From positions 21,266,001 to 21,330,000 of the forward strand of contig CM120641.1 of assembly GCA_051362555.1 (NCBI GenBank): DNA of 64,000 bases. The letters are read 5' to 3'. Within the stretch, counting starts at the first letter, position 1. Each line of letters opens with the position of its first letter. Source of the DNA: Lingula anatina (lineage: Eukaryota > Animalia > Brachiopoda). A model generated the notes under the pieces. The model searched no databases. It was not told where the DNA came from and saw only the letters and a list, made by a program, of their open reading frames with translations. The translations under genes and the position numbers were made by a program. Positions 50,701-62,400 of the stretch are shown piece after piece.

Positions 50701-53700
50701 GTAAGTCCCCCCATACAGTCCAAGGGACAATAAAGAAGACCTTTATCATCTTAACTCTCTCATTTGAGCAGATGCCACAAACAGGTTTAAAGCCTATATA
50801 TATATAAATTAAAGTGTGTGAGAAGAAATGTAAAAACAAAGTTCATCCAAATTTTGCAGGTTCTGAATAAAATATCTACTGTTTGACTGGAAGCAAAGAT
50901 AGCACTAGGACATGTGATATTTGATGAAAAAGATGCTTGTTTATACGGCTTTCAGTTTCACTTAAGGCATCCCTTGGCTTGAAACGTAATGTGGTTGTGG
51001 GCAGCTATCCTATCTTTAAATCTGCTGCATATTGTACTTCCCTGCATTAACCTTAACCATTGTTATTGTATTGCTTAATTTTGAACATTTACAAAGAAAG
51101 ATAGCAGCAGCAAAATGTTTTTAACAGTGTCTTGATATAATAGAAAAAAATCGATCAGTTTTCAGTGTTTCCACATATACTTCATTCAAAGTTAAACACT
51201 GTGGGTGCAGCACACAAGACCCAAGGGGAAGGGGTATAGGGAGACATGGGGGGGATGGGGGGGGGGGGGGGTCAATATTTGTACTCTTAGATGTGAGAAC
51301 CACCTCCTGTATCCCATTATGAATGGAATTGTTTTTTTTTTCCCTCTGTACCAATAGATTTGTCCTAATCAGTGTTTTTATTACAGGGAATTTTGAGATG
51401 CATGGTTTTGTTAGAATTTCCATTAGCAATGATATCATAGTAGTTTGTGACCGTATAATCCATTGTAACATGGTACCTTGCTCAGCATTTGTTATCTGAT
51501 ACATTCAGTGGTGACATCTTTTTAAGGTTCTCTTCGAACTTTTTGTATCATCTTGCACAAATCAACTAAAAACTGTTAATGCTTCTTTTTGCCACATACA
51601 CTTTTATTATTTATAGTGTGCACAAATTTGGGCACTTAAACTTTAATGCATAAATGATATTGAGAAAGATAATAAAGGAGTTGCATAGACTGAGTAAACC
51701 CAAAATATCTTAGGCAATAAGTTAATTTGTTCATTCCATAAATGTGATTGAAATAATAAAAGCAAAGCCACACTAAGCAAATCTTATTGCTTTGTATAGT
51801 TTGTACCATTGGTCTACTGTTGACCTCTAATTTCGTCTGTGTGTTGTTGAATGATTTTGACAGCGGATTTTATTTTTGTTTTTAGGTTTATGATCAAGTT
51901 AAAAAGAAGTATGACATATATGACAAGAAGTTTGGCAGATCTTTAACAGAAGTGGAGGTTCTAACCAAAGGTGAGAGTCAAACTTGGATTTATGTACTGA
52001 CAGTCAATGAAAACGCATCAGAAAACTTTCTTGTACTTTTTTACCAAGAATCGATTCCAACCATGTAAAGGAGTACAAATGCACTTGTTTGGTCATAAGA
52101 GAGTGGGCTGACCACTCAGATGTTTAAAATTTCCGCTTCAGTGATTTTGTGATCAGCTGTTACAAAATCGTGTGTTATCCTGTCTCGTGATTGGTGTGAA
52201 TTAATCAGGTTCAATATATGGTGATTAATTAAGCCTTTTTAAGCTAGTCACCAAATGCAGTATGACACATGACAAAAAACTTCAGTTATGCCACGTCTGA
52301 CACTGGAAGAGCGACTGCGGGCCCTGGGGATGTTGGAGGCTGGGTGGAACCAAAGAGATTTGATCATGTGACCTTGCATTTTAATGATCTTTTCTGACCT
52401 TTATTTCACCTTGTGTGACTGAATAATGGGTGATATTTCACATGAAAACTGTTATTTTCTTAATGTGCTGAAGGAACTTAAAATATTATTTGATAAATAA
52501 ATGATGCATTTTCATTGACTGTCAGTATATGTACAAAAAGTAAGATGACAAATACCCTCTCTTCAGAGGATTAGTTATCTGGCCTACCTAACTACCAGAT
52601 GTGGCACTGAAAGATCCAGAATTTACCATAGATTGGATCAGGTTACCGGTTTACAAGGTGTGTATCAGTACACGCTTGGAAGTGTCAGACACGGAACGAG
52701 CACCAGGCAAGAGGGTGGCACATCTGACACTTCGAAGAACGTAATGATACACACCTTGAAAAACGATAGAGTGATGCGATCAACGGTAAACTCTGGATCC
52801 TTCTGTGCTGCGTCTGGTAGTTGGGTAGGCCTGGTTATGTTGTTACCACTCAAACTTTTGAGGAACAATCCACATACAATGCATGTGAAAAAATTCCTGG
52901 AAATTATACAGGTTTATTATTCATCAAAGCATACGGTATGCAAAACTATATGTATGCCAGTTTTCTATTGTAAATGTTGAAATTTTACTGTCAAGTATGA
53001 AATTTATCAGTCTCCATCTCCATTGCAAGAGTGACTCTTTTTTACAACTAAAAAAAAATGGTTCATGAATTGCCTATCTGTGAACACTTTGATTATGGAT
53101 GCCTTGTTAATGAGAGGAAAGTTTTGAAATTTCCAGGAAAACATTCTTTGCTGTAACACCCAGTGTGTGCCTTTAGCGAAGTGTTTGTATTGATGGTATT
53201 CCAGTCTATCATTACACTCACTGTCCATTTAAAATGTTGCTCATTGGGTCAAACATTTTTTTCCACAAAACCAGCCCGTCTTATTACTTTGTCTTGTCTA
53301 ACCAGGTTTTGCAGCTTTTTTTGACAATGGTTATGGAATCCGGGTGGATGCTGTGAAAGCCATGATCAAAAAGTTGGAAGAAATAGAGAAGTGGTTTATG
53401 TCACCTTCAGGCCTATGTTTCTATGCAAGTTCACTGTTGCTAGTATATGATGGAGAGAGAACCAGCACAGGCAAAACAGATGAGGAAGTATCTGATGGCA
53501 TTGACTATATCAAAGAAACAGACTGTGCTTGTACCCCTGAAGTGGCTGGCTGTGTAAATCAGTGTCAGCTTGCCATGGACTTAGAATGCCCAGTTGCTGT
53601 GAAAATGATCGATTTTGCTCATGTCTTTCCTGCAAGTGGTCTGGATGAAAATTATTTAACAGGACTGCGCAGTTTAATAGCATATCTCCACAGAGTACTG

Positions 53701-53709
53701 GAACTTTGA
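47706..53709 (+). CDS. IPMK: Inositol polyphosphate multikinase, 5 coding exons per isoform (exon 3 duplicated), 344 aa
   Basis: Exons 47706-47895, 48331-48513, [49775-49947 or 50528-50700], 51886-51970 and 53306-53709. Motifs HQVAGH, PPRGxRExxFY, PCxxDxKxG, YASSLLLVYD and MIDFAH are present. Confidence 0.93.
49775..49947 (+). CDS. IPMK: IPMK alternative exon 3a (mutually exclusive)
   Basis: 173 nt, TTTCAG acceptor and GTAAGT donor, phase 1 to 0. Encodes VMYLVMEKVTQPFAEPCVCDLKMGARTHDPEATPAKIAREKAKYPFLENVGFQFQGYS. Confidence 0.88.
50528..50700 (+). CDS. IPMK: IPMK alternative exon 3b (mutually exclusive)
   Basis: 173 nt, CTTCCAG acceptor and GTAAGT donor, phase 1 to 0. Encodes VLYLRMDDICNTFSQPCIADTKIGPVTYDPDASQEKKKHELAKNSCLPIVGFQLCGLR. 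Confidence 0.88.
51997..52525 (+). mobile_element. Internally deleted Tc1/mariner element in IPMK intron 4
   Basis: 24-bp TIRs with 1 mismatch (CTGACAGTCAATGAAAACGCATCA), TA on both flanks, and a residual transposase start MPRLTLEERLRALGMLEAGWNQRD at 52288-52371 that resembles a Tc1-type N-terminal HTH. Confidence 0.85.
52576..52837. mobile_element. Long palindromic MITE-like element in IPMK intron 4
   Basis: Outer arms GGCCTACCTAACTACCAGA...TTTACC / GGTAAA...TCTGGTAGTTGGGTAGGCC and inner arms CAAGGTGTGTATCA...GAAGTGTCAGA / TCTGACACTTC...TGATACACACCTTG. Confidence 0.75.
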
Positions 53710-55065
53710 CAAATGTTGTCAACTAGCTATAACACTTATTTGTCTCATCTTATTATAAAGTCAGTACTGCCACGAGCTTTAAGCTATATCTTAATTTTCC
53801 AGATTTTTTTCTAGTAGAAAGATTGATTACATGGAATGCTTTATGATAACTTTTATATTGTCAGTTTATCCCCAAGTCGGGTCCCAAGTGCAAGTAACTG
53901 ATATTTTAACAGTGTTGAAGTTTTAATCAATATCACTGTAATAAACATTTTTTTAAAATGTTTTTTTTTTTTGTTCTTTTTTCTTTTTGTAAAGCATGAT
54001 GGGGTGGATTTGCTATATTTTCTTAACAAGGAAAGGAAAGGTGCATTTGGAAGCTATATGACAGAATAAATAGTTTATTTCTCCTTAAACAGCATACAGT
54101 GTACTTATTACTAATTCAGAACTTACTATTGCTACATAACTATACTTCTGAACAAAATGCCCTGCAACTAGCATTCTGACTAAACCTTTAAAAAGTGGGA
54201 ACCAACATTTTGTCTTCTTGTCTCTTTCTAAACAATGGCATGGTATAAGCTCTGTTAAAATGACAATATTATCACTTGGAAAGAAAAGAAATGCAATTTA
54301 AGGTAGGATGAAAAAGAGATGGACAATGAGATATCAATGACTTCTTGAAAATTGACAAACACACCTATAAATGTCTATTTTGCATGTTTATCTAGTCCAT
54401 CCTTATTGGAATGAAAATATTACATAATTACATATTTAATAGTGACAGGAATTGCACCTTTGTGTTAACTTGGAATGAATAATTATCTTTGTGCAAAACT
54501 GATTACTAAAGAAATCAGCATTTTTTCACAGCAATGCATGATTAAGTATGAGAGTTAATAAATATGAATCAGTAACCATTGCCTAACAAAGTGCATAGTT
54601 CAAGACCATAAAAAAGCTCTCCATAAAAAGATACATTTGAATGTAGATCCGGGAATAGTGAAAATAATTGCCCCGACAGTTCCCATTTCCTTTATCTGGG
54701 AAAGACAGACGGTTCTGACTTAGTTTTTAGTGACATGACAAAACTGCCAATTTCACCCATCTCTCAACATTCTGCAAGATGTAACAAAGTGGCTACAATG
54801 TATATCCAATATACATGAATATCATGCACTAAAATGCATGAAAGCAAGATTCTATGTGCCTTTTTTTCAATAAATGCACAGAAAATGTGTTTTACTTAAG
54901 ATGCGAGATGCTTTTGGTAAGCATGATGTAACAAAAATTGTGGTCTCCATAACGAAGGATTGTGACCATCATTTAATGTCTCTAGCCCCCCCCCCCCCCC
55001 CCCCCCCCCCCTCCCCCCATCCCCTGCCAACAATTTCATCCTCAAGCTGGATCAAAACTATTACA

Positions 55066-56671
55066 TCAGTAGTCTGGAGCTGGTGTCAGAAGAGTCTTGA
55101 TGAAGTCTGCATACTTAACTTGTCCATTTGGTTGGATCTTTGCCTCCCTGAATAATGCATCAACTGAAAATAAAAGTATTTGTGTAATGATCAAGAGTAT
55201 GAAATGAGAATCTGTAAATCACTACTTCAAATAAAACATTAGTTTTCATTTCAGTATTAACTTTGATAAATTGTGAAGGAACCAAATATGTTTTGACCGA
55301 TGGGAAGCATAGCAAAAGCAGAAGTTAAAATATATTCGTGTACAAGGATGCACAGTAACCACAACTCATACAAGAAACTAAAATAACATAATAAGTAAAC
55401 AAATTATTGTCAGTAGAAAAACACAACACATTTTCACCTTCTCTTTTGTTCAGTTTTTCCCCAAATTGTGTCAGAATATTCTTGACCTCCGATGCATTCA
55501 CGTATCCTCGTCGTTGAATATCATGTGACTGGAACGCTGCCACAAGTTCCTCCTGACACTTCTCATTCTGGGAATGTTCATGCATGATATCCAGGAAAGT
55601 GGCAAAATCAATCTTGCCCTCTGGAATTCAAAACAGGTAAGGAATAGAATAAATCTGAAGATAATAGTACATAACAGAGCTGATGAAATTCTTTTCAGAA
55701 TGAATCTTATTTTAGAGCGCTGAATGCTACAGTATTTATTCATGTTAATGAAGGTTTAAAACTGGATTGATTTTGGATCGTATCACTGAGTATTGATACT
55801 AGCAAAATTCTTAAGTAGTTTAATGTGGTTCTCAGAATCAGATCCCTTATCTATGCACAAAGCGATCACTTACTTTCTGACATGTAAATCATTAAATTAA
55901 ATTAATAATATGAAATTATTAATAGTTGAAAAGTTTTCATTCATGATAGTTTTACAGTATTTGAAATACCTGTTGACTGTTTCATCTGTTCACACTGACA
56001 GACTTGGTCACAATTGCTATCATATGTATCATAAATGATAACTTTTCAACTATCAAAAACTATTTTCACTTTTGAAATTATTAAGTCTAAAATATTATAC
56101 TAACCTTTCTGGTATTTTTTGTAATACGTTTGCAACTCTACAATGGTTGGGCTATAGCCTAATGATCTCATAATGATCTTTAACTCCTCTACATTGACAA
56201 TATGCCTTTGTCTTGCATAGAAGGAAAAACATTCCTTGAACTCTGAAAGAGATTAATATAACTTATAAGTAATCACAAGTTGTGAGTATTTTATTTTAAA
56301 ATAATAATTCATAAAATTTTAATTATGCCATTCAGACTTAAATGATTCAGTGATTGAAACAGTACATGAGATTTAGTCAAGAAATGTATCTTAACTGTTT
56401 AATTAGAAAAGAGTCTGCTTGGTTGGGAATTTAGGGCGTGTCCAACTTCGGCAGTGTACTGAATCAGTAACTCATCAGAATAAAATACTTATATCTCAAC
56501 GGGAAAACTATGCAATAAAATAACCAGTGAACCTGGTATTTGCACTTACCATCTATGTCACTCTTGCTAAAGAATCGGGCCTGAAAAGATAAAGAAATAT
56601 TTTAAGAGTTTTGATGCTGTTGCAGAGTTATAAAGTGAAAAATTAGAAATAAATGAAACGGTACTCACCAT
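55066..56671 (-). CDS. CALML4: Calmodulin-like protein 4, 5 coding exons, 150 aa
   Basis: Exons (-) 56671-56669 (ATG only, typical of calmodulin-family genes), 56580-56550, 56242-56105, 55620-55438 and 55163-55066. The protein MARFFSKSDIDEFKECFSFY...MRSLGYSPT...IDFATFLDIMH...GEKLNKREVDALFREAKIQPNGQVKY...PAPDY has degenerate EF-hands and CALML4-type termini. Confidence 0.9.
55922..56053. repeat. Short inverted-repeat element in CALML4 intron 3
   Basis: 27-bp arms with 2 mismatches (ATAGTTGAAAAGTTTTCATTCATGATA). Confidence 0.65.
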
Positions 56672-59450
56672 CTTGAATGATCCCGCACTTAATTATGTTT
56701 TGTAAATGTTTCTTATTTCAAATAAAATGTATTAAATGGTGTTATAAAAATAAAAAAATATTTGATGTATAGAAAAGATGTGTCAGTTAAAATCCCATTC
56801 ATTCAATTGAGTATTTGATGGAAAGAATTCAGGGTGACTTGAACGACCTTCACCTTTGAATTTATTCTGCATCAGTAGCTAACGCATTGGTTATTTACAG
56901 GAGTATTTACAAGATGAATAATAGTTTGAAGAAGATGTGAAAGTTAAACAATTTGATTCAGTACGAGAGGGTGCATCCATGTAAATGGTGAGCAAAGAAT
57001 TGAAATATTTTGAGATATCTATCTTACCATTCTATTTCTAACGTAAACGAATGTTTTCATTCAATTTCAAGTTGGCCATACCTACATGTAAGTCATGCCC
57101 TTCTGGGGACATCTGTTGCAATTTCCTACGTCTTGAGGGTGGTGGAAAGGAGCTATTTGATTTTAAAGTTTATGTGTTTTGTTCTTATCTGTGGCCATTT
57201 ATCATTGTTTCCAGATGGCCATACCTGAGTGAAGCCATTTATCCATTATGCTAGCTACTCCTACCTTGTGTAGCTGATACCATTCCCACTAGTTGTATGA
57301 TGTAATACTTATTTAGTTATGTAAGACCGAATTATGGCCATATAGATTAACTTCTTGATTTAGTAAATTTTCAATTATTTTCTCAATGATATTTTACAGG
57401 TGGGCCAATTTAGTACAGTATCATTAGGGATGTACATATGTATGTACCCCCATTACACCAATTGGGGGGGGGGGGGGGAGTCTTTGGAAAAATGATGTTA
57501 AATAGGTCAAAACATTATCTGTCTGTTTACAAGAAAGTTTTATAATTCACAAATGTATTCTTACAAAGTTGTTAGTTTTTTGTAATTGAAAGTTGTGCTC
57601 ATGATCAGTAAAGAATGTTACTTTTACAAAAGATGATTTCTTTTCTTCTTAAATCAAATGGTGAATGTGCCAGGTGCATGTCAAAAGAAGTCAAAATTAA
57701 GCGTAGGAATAAAATTCAAGACAATTTATGAACATTATATTCCAAAATTATTGAGATGCAAATTACTTTTTTAAAGAATGCAATTTTTGAAGTGTATCAA
57801 AATTGATACGAATGTACAATGGATATATGTGTAGCAGTTAGTATTTAACCAGAAAAATTTAATTACTAAAAAAAAAAAGAATCTATCCTTTTCTTGTCTA
57901 CTCTCAGTGAACACACAGGATTTCACCTGCATCAAGATATAACTTGAGCAGCTGCAGTCTATGATTTACATAAAATATAAGCTGAATATTAATAAAATTA
58001 CCAAAAATTATTATAATCTGTTTGAAATCTTTCTTATCATATTTATTTTTCTTTAAAACCAACCATGTTGGTTACCAATCGTCAGATATTTCCAGTTTTA
58101 TTCGCGCTGTTTTATCTTATATCAACATTATCTAATCAAATAGATAACATTCCAAAATTGTTAGGTGTTGAAAGAAATAGGTTCTATTGACTTTTGCATT
58201 TTAAAAACACATGTGTTTTATACTAACAGACAAAAATGAGATAAACTTGGAATTTCTTCAGGTGTTACCCTCTTATCTTTTTTCATTTATAAGAATACAT
58301 TTAGCTGTATATTTTTCAGAGATGTTAGTCCTAAATATCAAAGAATAACAAAGCGGGCTAATGTTGACATTTGAAACTTATCTTCATTTCAAAATGATAC
58401 TGTAGCCTCATATGGTTTCAAGATAATTAAGTATAAGATGTCAAAACCAAGTAATCATACTCACCCCTCCTTTACGGTCTTGTGAACGTGATGAGAGATT
58501 CATTTTTATACCTACATATGTGTAGGAATTGCTGGGACACAAACACACACACACACCCCTCTGATATAGCTGCCCTAATATGCAGTGTATCTATGCCTGG
58601 TATGCAGGATGGATGTACCTCACCAAGTGTAGATAAACCACAGGGCTGACATAGTAAACTTTGAACTCTGTACAGTCATTTGAATGAGATTAATGCCCCC
58701 TATTTTGTTTATGCCCCTCTGGTCACCCTTATTGTTTTATGGGTAGCATCTACTGAAGAGGCCAAGTCTAAGTTATGCACAATGTGTAAAGTTTGTGAGT
58801 TTTGCTCATGCCTATGCTAATGGTATAGACAAATCCATAGTAACTAGTTTTGTTGGTGTCCTGGTTTATAACTTGTGTATGACACTGTGGAATAGATAAG
58901 AGTGGGTTATACATGTGAGGACAAGTTAAAAGGTATAAATCCAGTTTAAAATTTTTATAGCATTTTGATAGTACAGATATGGTAAAAGAAGAAATCTTAT
59001 CAAGTAGTTAAACTATAAAAAAAGAATTGCTTTAGATGATAAGATTTGTTTGTTCATAAAATGGCTTCAAATTGTACTAACAGCGTGGGCACTGGGGGTA
59101 CTTGTGGTTTAACCAACCCATTATGTTTTTTAAGAAATCCATCTCATAGGTCGTCATGCTTTAAAATATACTTTATGAAAATTTGAACCTTCAAAAGGTG
59201 GTCATGCTTTAAGCTGCTCTTTTTAAAAATCTGAAAAGCGGGTAATATTTGGTTGATATGATCAACTGTGTTGCTTCAAATCTACATGTTGCAGGCAATC
59301 TAATTTAAGTGCTGAAATTTTCAGAAAAAGTCCATTTTTCCTGATTTATACCGAAAAAGCACTTTGTCCAAGAACAATGATTTATTTATTCATCTTTCTT
59401 TCAGATATGAATTCCAGTGTTCAATACGGGGTGTGATATGTGAAGCCACC

Positions 59451-62400
59451 ATGGCTTCTGTTAAGGACAACACACCTGGCCTGGGTAAGACTGATCTGAA
59501 ACTGGTCACTCCAGCAGTGACCAGGGGGGGCATCACACACATAGATGATGTGGGTCATGGAAAAGTGCATGATGAGGAGCATCATGAGGATGAATTCAAA
59601 ATTAGCCAAAAAGTAAGTGTTTTAGGTACAAATTGACTACTGGTGAGATAAAAGATTGTTAGAAATTTCCTTTTACCAATGTATGAAAATGTGATACTCT
59701 GACCACTATATTTGCCAGGCTTGACAGCCATTTGCTGTTATCAACAATATAATGATCAGAAGAACATTAATGATTAGTCAGTTGAGTTGCAAGCACAAAA
59801 TCTAAACTTGTTCATAAAGTGTCTTTATTGTACTTGGTATGCATTATTCATAACCTTCAGTTGTTTATCTGTTCTAATGGCACAATTTTTCAGGTGTCAA
59901 ATAAGTATAAAATTTTCACCTCCTTGACTGCGGGTGCTGTTGCTGGTGCTGTTGCAAAGACAACCATAGCCCCTTTGGACAGGACAAAAATAAACTTTCA
60001 AAGTTAGTTGCTTTGTGATATTGTTTTGCCTTCAAAGAATCTATAACCTCTCTCTGTCTGTCTGTCTGTGTCTGTATATAATTATCAAGTTCTCCAAATT
60101 AGTCAATCTACACAAAAAAATCTGACAAAAAATGATGCCAGAAATGTAGAGTAACAGTGTAGATTTTAATCATCGGTATAAATTTTTACTTCCAGTCTCA
60201 CAGACTCCATATTCCTACAAAGGAGCTTTCTTATTTATAAAGAATACTGTGAAGAATGAGGGGTTCTTCACGCTGTGGCGGGGTAATTCTGCAACCATGG
60301 CCAGGATTATCCCCTATGCTGCAATACAGTATGCTGCCCATGAACAGTGGAAACGATTGCTCAATCCAGAAAACAATAGGTAATGATGATCCAGTAAGGC
60401 AGAAAAGTATCAATCTAAACTTTGTGGTTATTTAAACTTCAAAAGCAAGAACTGTATAAAATTAAGACTTCAACTAATTTAACTCCTCACTTATTCTGAT
60501 GTATTACTTTTTCATGATTTATCACTTTTAGTTATTCATAAAAATGTGATTCACATAAACTCGATTTTCACTTATAAATCAATACACCTTAAGTGTTGCT
60601 TACACAGCATTTTTTCTGAAATTTATTTACTCATTTTCATTGTTTTTAATGAGTAATTACAATATCTTTGTTGAAAAACGTTTACCTTTTTGTTATACAC
60701 CTTTGAAATACAAATTTTAGATTATTGCATAATGTTAAAAAAAGCAGTGGACTTGTTTTGTTGACCACATTAATGAAACTCTTAATACATGAATTAAATT
60801 TTTTTTTAGAAGCATGCCTAGAAGTCTTCCGCCTGGCAGGCGATTTGTAGCAGGCTCTTTAGCAGGGATGACTTCTGTGGCTGCGACATACCCTTTAGAC
60901 ATGGTCAGGGCTCGAATGGCTGTCACGCTCAAATGCAGGTAGAACTTAACATTTGTAGTTGTGACCTTGACTGAAAAAAATCCTGGAGTACTTTTGGGCA
61001 ACTGATAGTGATAAATGTGGGGAAATGCATGCTGTGTTTGTACATTGTTGATAAAATGACTTGGAAGTCATGGGCTTTCAGAAGTTATTTTGCTATAAAG
61101 GAACTGTAACATTTTGTATGAAAATATGTTTGGGTTTTCTATTAAGATGTGGATTTGGTTTGTAGATACACTTGATATCTCAGTTTTACATGTCTGATTA
61201 AAAATGATGCCAAATAGATAACATTCACATACAATTTTTAAATATTTTTAAATTGAAAACCAAAAGTCACAAGATTCATCATAAATGATAATTTATTTGT
61301 TTTTAAAACTCTCGGGTATAAATATCACATTACTTGTATTACCCGAGCACATTCTTATATTCTTTTGAAAATCACCTCTAGGTATAAAAGCCTGTGGGAA
61401 GTTTTCTTCAAAATTTACCGAGAAGAAGGTATCCTCACATTATACAGAGGTTTCATACCTTCCTTTCTGGGAGCAGTTCCTTACTTAGGCACAAGCTTCT
61501 TTACTTATGAAACATGCAAGAAATTACTCTACGGTAAGAAATGATGATCTTTTCCAGTGTTGCGCAAATCAGTTGCTTTTGCCTGTGTGATTCAAGTCCT
61601 TGTCATCTCTTCCACTCCCCTCACTCATGAACTAACTGTTCTGTTCCATTTGTTTCAAACATGCAAATCAAACAGCAAAAAAGTTTTGTTTCCCCCGTAC
61701 TTACCCCAGTTTGAGCTTCTCTCTTTTAATGTGCTGGCACAGTAGTACCTGAACAAAGTGCAATCTTCACCCCTGTCCAGGTGCAGTTACTCAGCACACA
61801 AGATTTTCCTTGATATATGAACTGTGGCAGTTTGTCTGAACATTTGCCAGTTTAGGCTGGCTAGTTTGTCACGTTTGTCCCACCATATAAAAAAATTGAC
61901 TCTGAAAATTGCAGCAACAGAACTCGAGTTTCAATAGGAAACCAAGCACCCCCTGCATACTTTTCAAAATTCAGTGCCAGGCAATGCAGCTGATTTGCTT
62001 TAATTTTGGTAAAGTCTTTTCATCAGTACAGCCCTTCATTTCAGGTATCACAGTCTTTTTGAGGTGATTGTGAAAATTTACCAGGAAGAAGGAATCCGAA
62101 CTCTTTACAGAGGGTTTACGCCTACTGTACTAGGCTCAATTCCTTACTCAGGAACAAGTTTCTTTACATATGAAACAATGAAGAAAAATTATTTTGGTAA
62201 GAGTACCAGCCTGCGGCTTTGAGCTTGATGTACAAATAACATGTGATTGTAGTCCTTTACACAGGCATGAGATTGATATTTTTGTCTGAAAAATTGGAAA
62301 CAAGTTGGCAACGTAACTGCCCAAAAAGTTAAGTGGAAACATTAGTAAATTTGGAAAAATCTCATGTCTGCTCAAGAAACCTCACTGCAGTGGAAAATTT

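Noticed and set aside
49717-50960. 12-bp perfect complement TGAAACTGAAAG (49717-49728) / CTTTCAGTTTCA (50949-50960) spanning both IPMK alternative exons
   Set aside because: It would loop out both exons and give a frameshift, and an AT-rich 12-mer match is plausible by chance in introns of this size.
52633-52980. 115-aa ORF in IPMK intron 4
   Set aside because: It lies over the palindromic element and has no protein-like features.
54874-55155. Poly-proline ORFs (also 51121-51504)
   Set aside because: They result from poly(C) or poly(G) homopolymer tracts in UTR or intron sequence.
59481-59490. Internal donor CTGG|GTAAGA in the first SLC25A42 coding exon
   Set aside because: It is phase 1 while the next exon is phase 0, so its use would frameshift.
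61541-61752. C-box-like ATGATGA suggesting an intronic C/D snoRNA
   Set aside because: There is no CTGA D-box at a suitable distance and no terminal stem.
49775-62196. Duplicated exons as an assembly or haplotype artefact
   Set aside because: The copies are far too divergent for alleles, their flanking introns are unrelated, and each keeps frame and splice sites.
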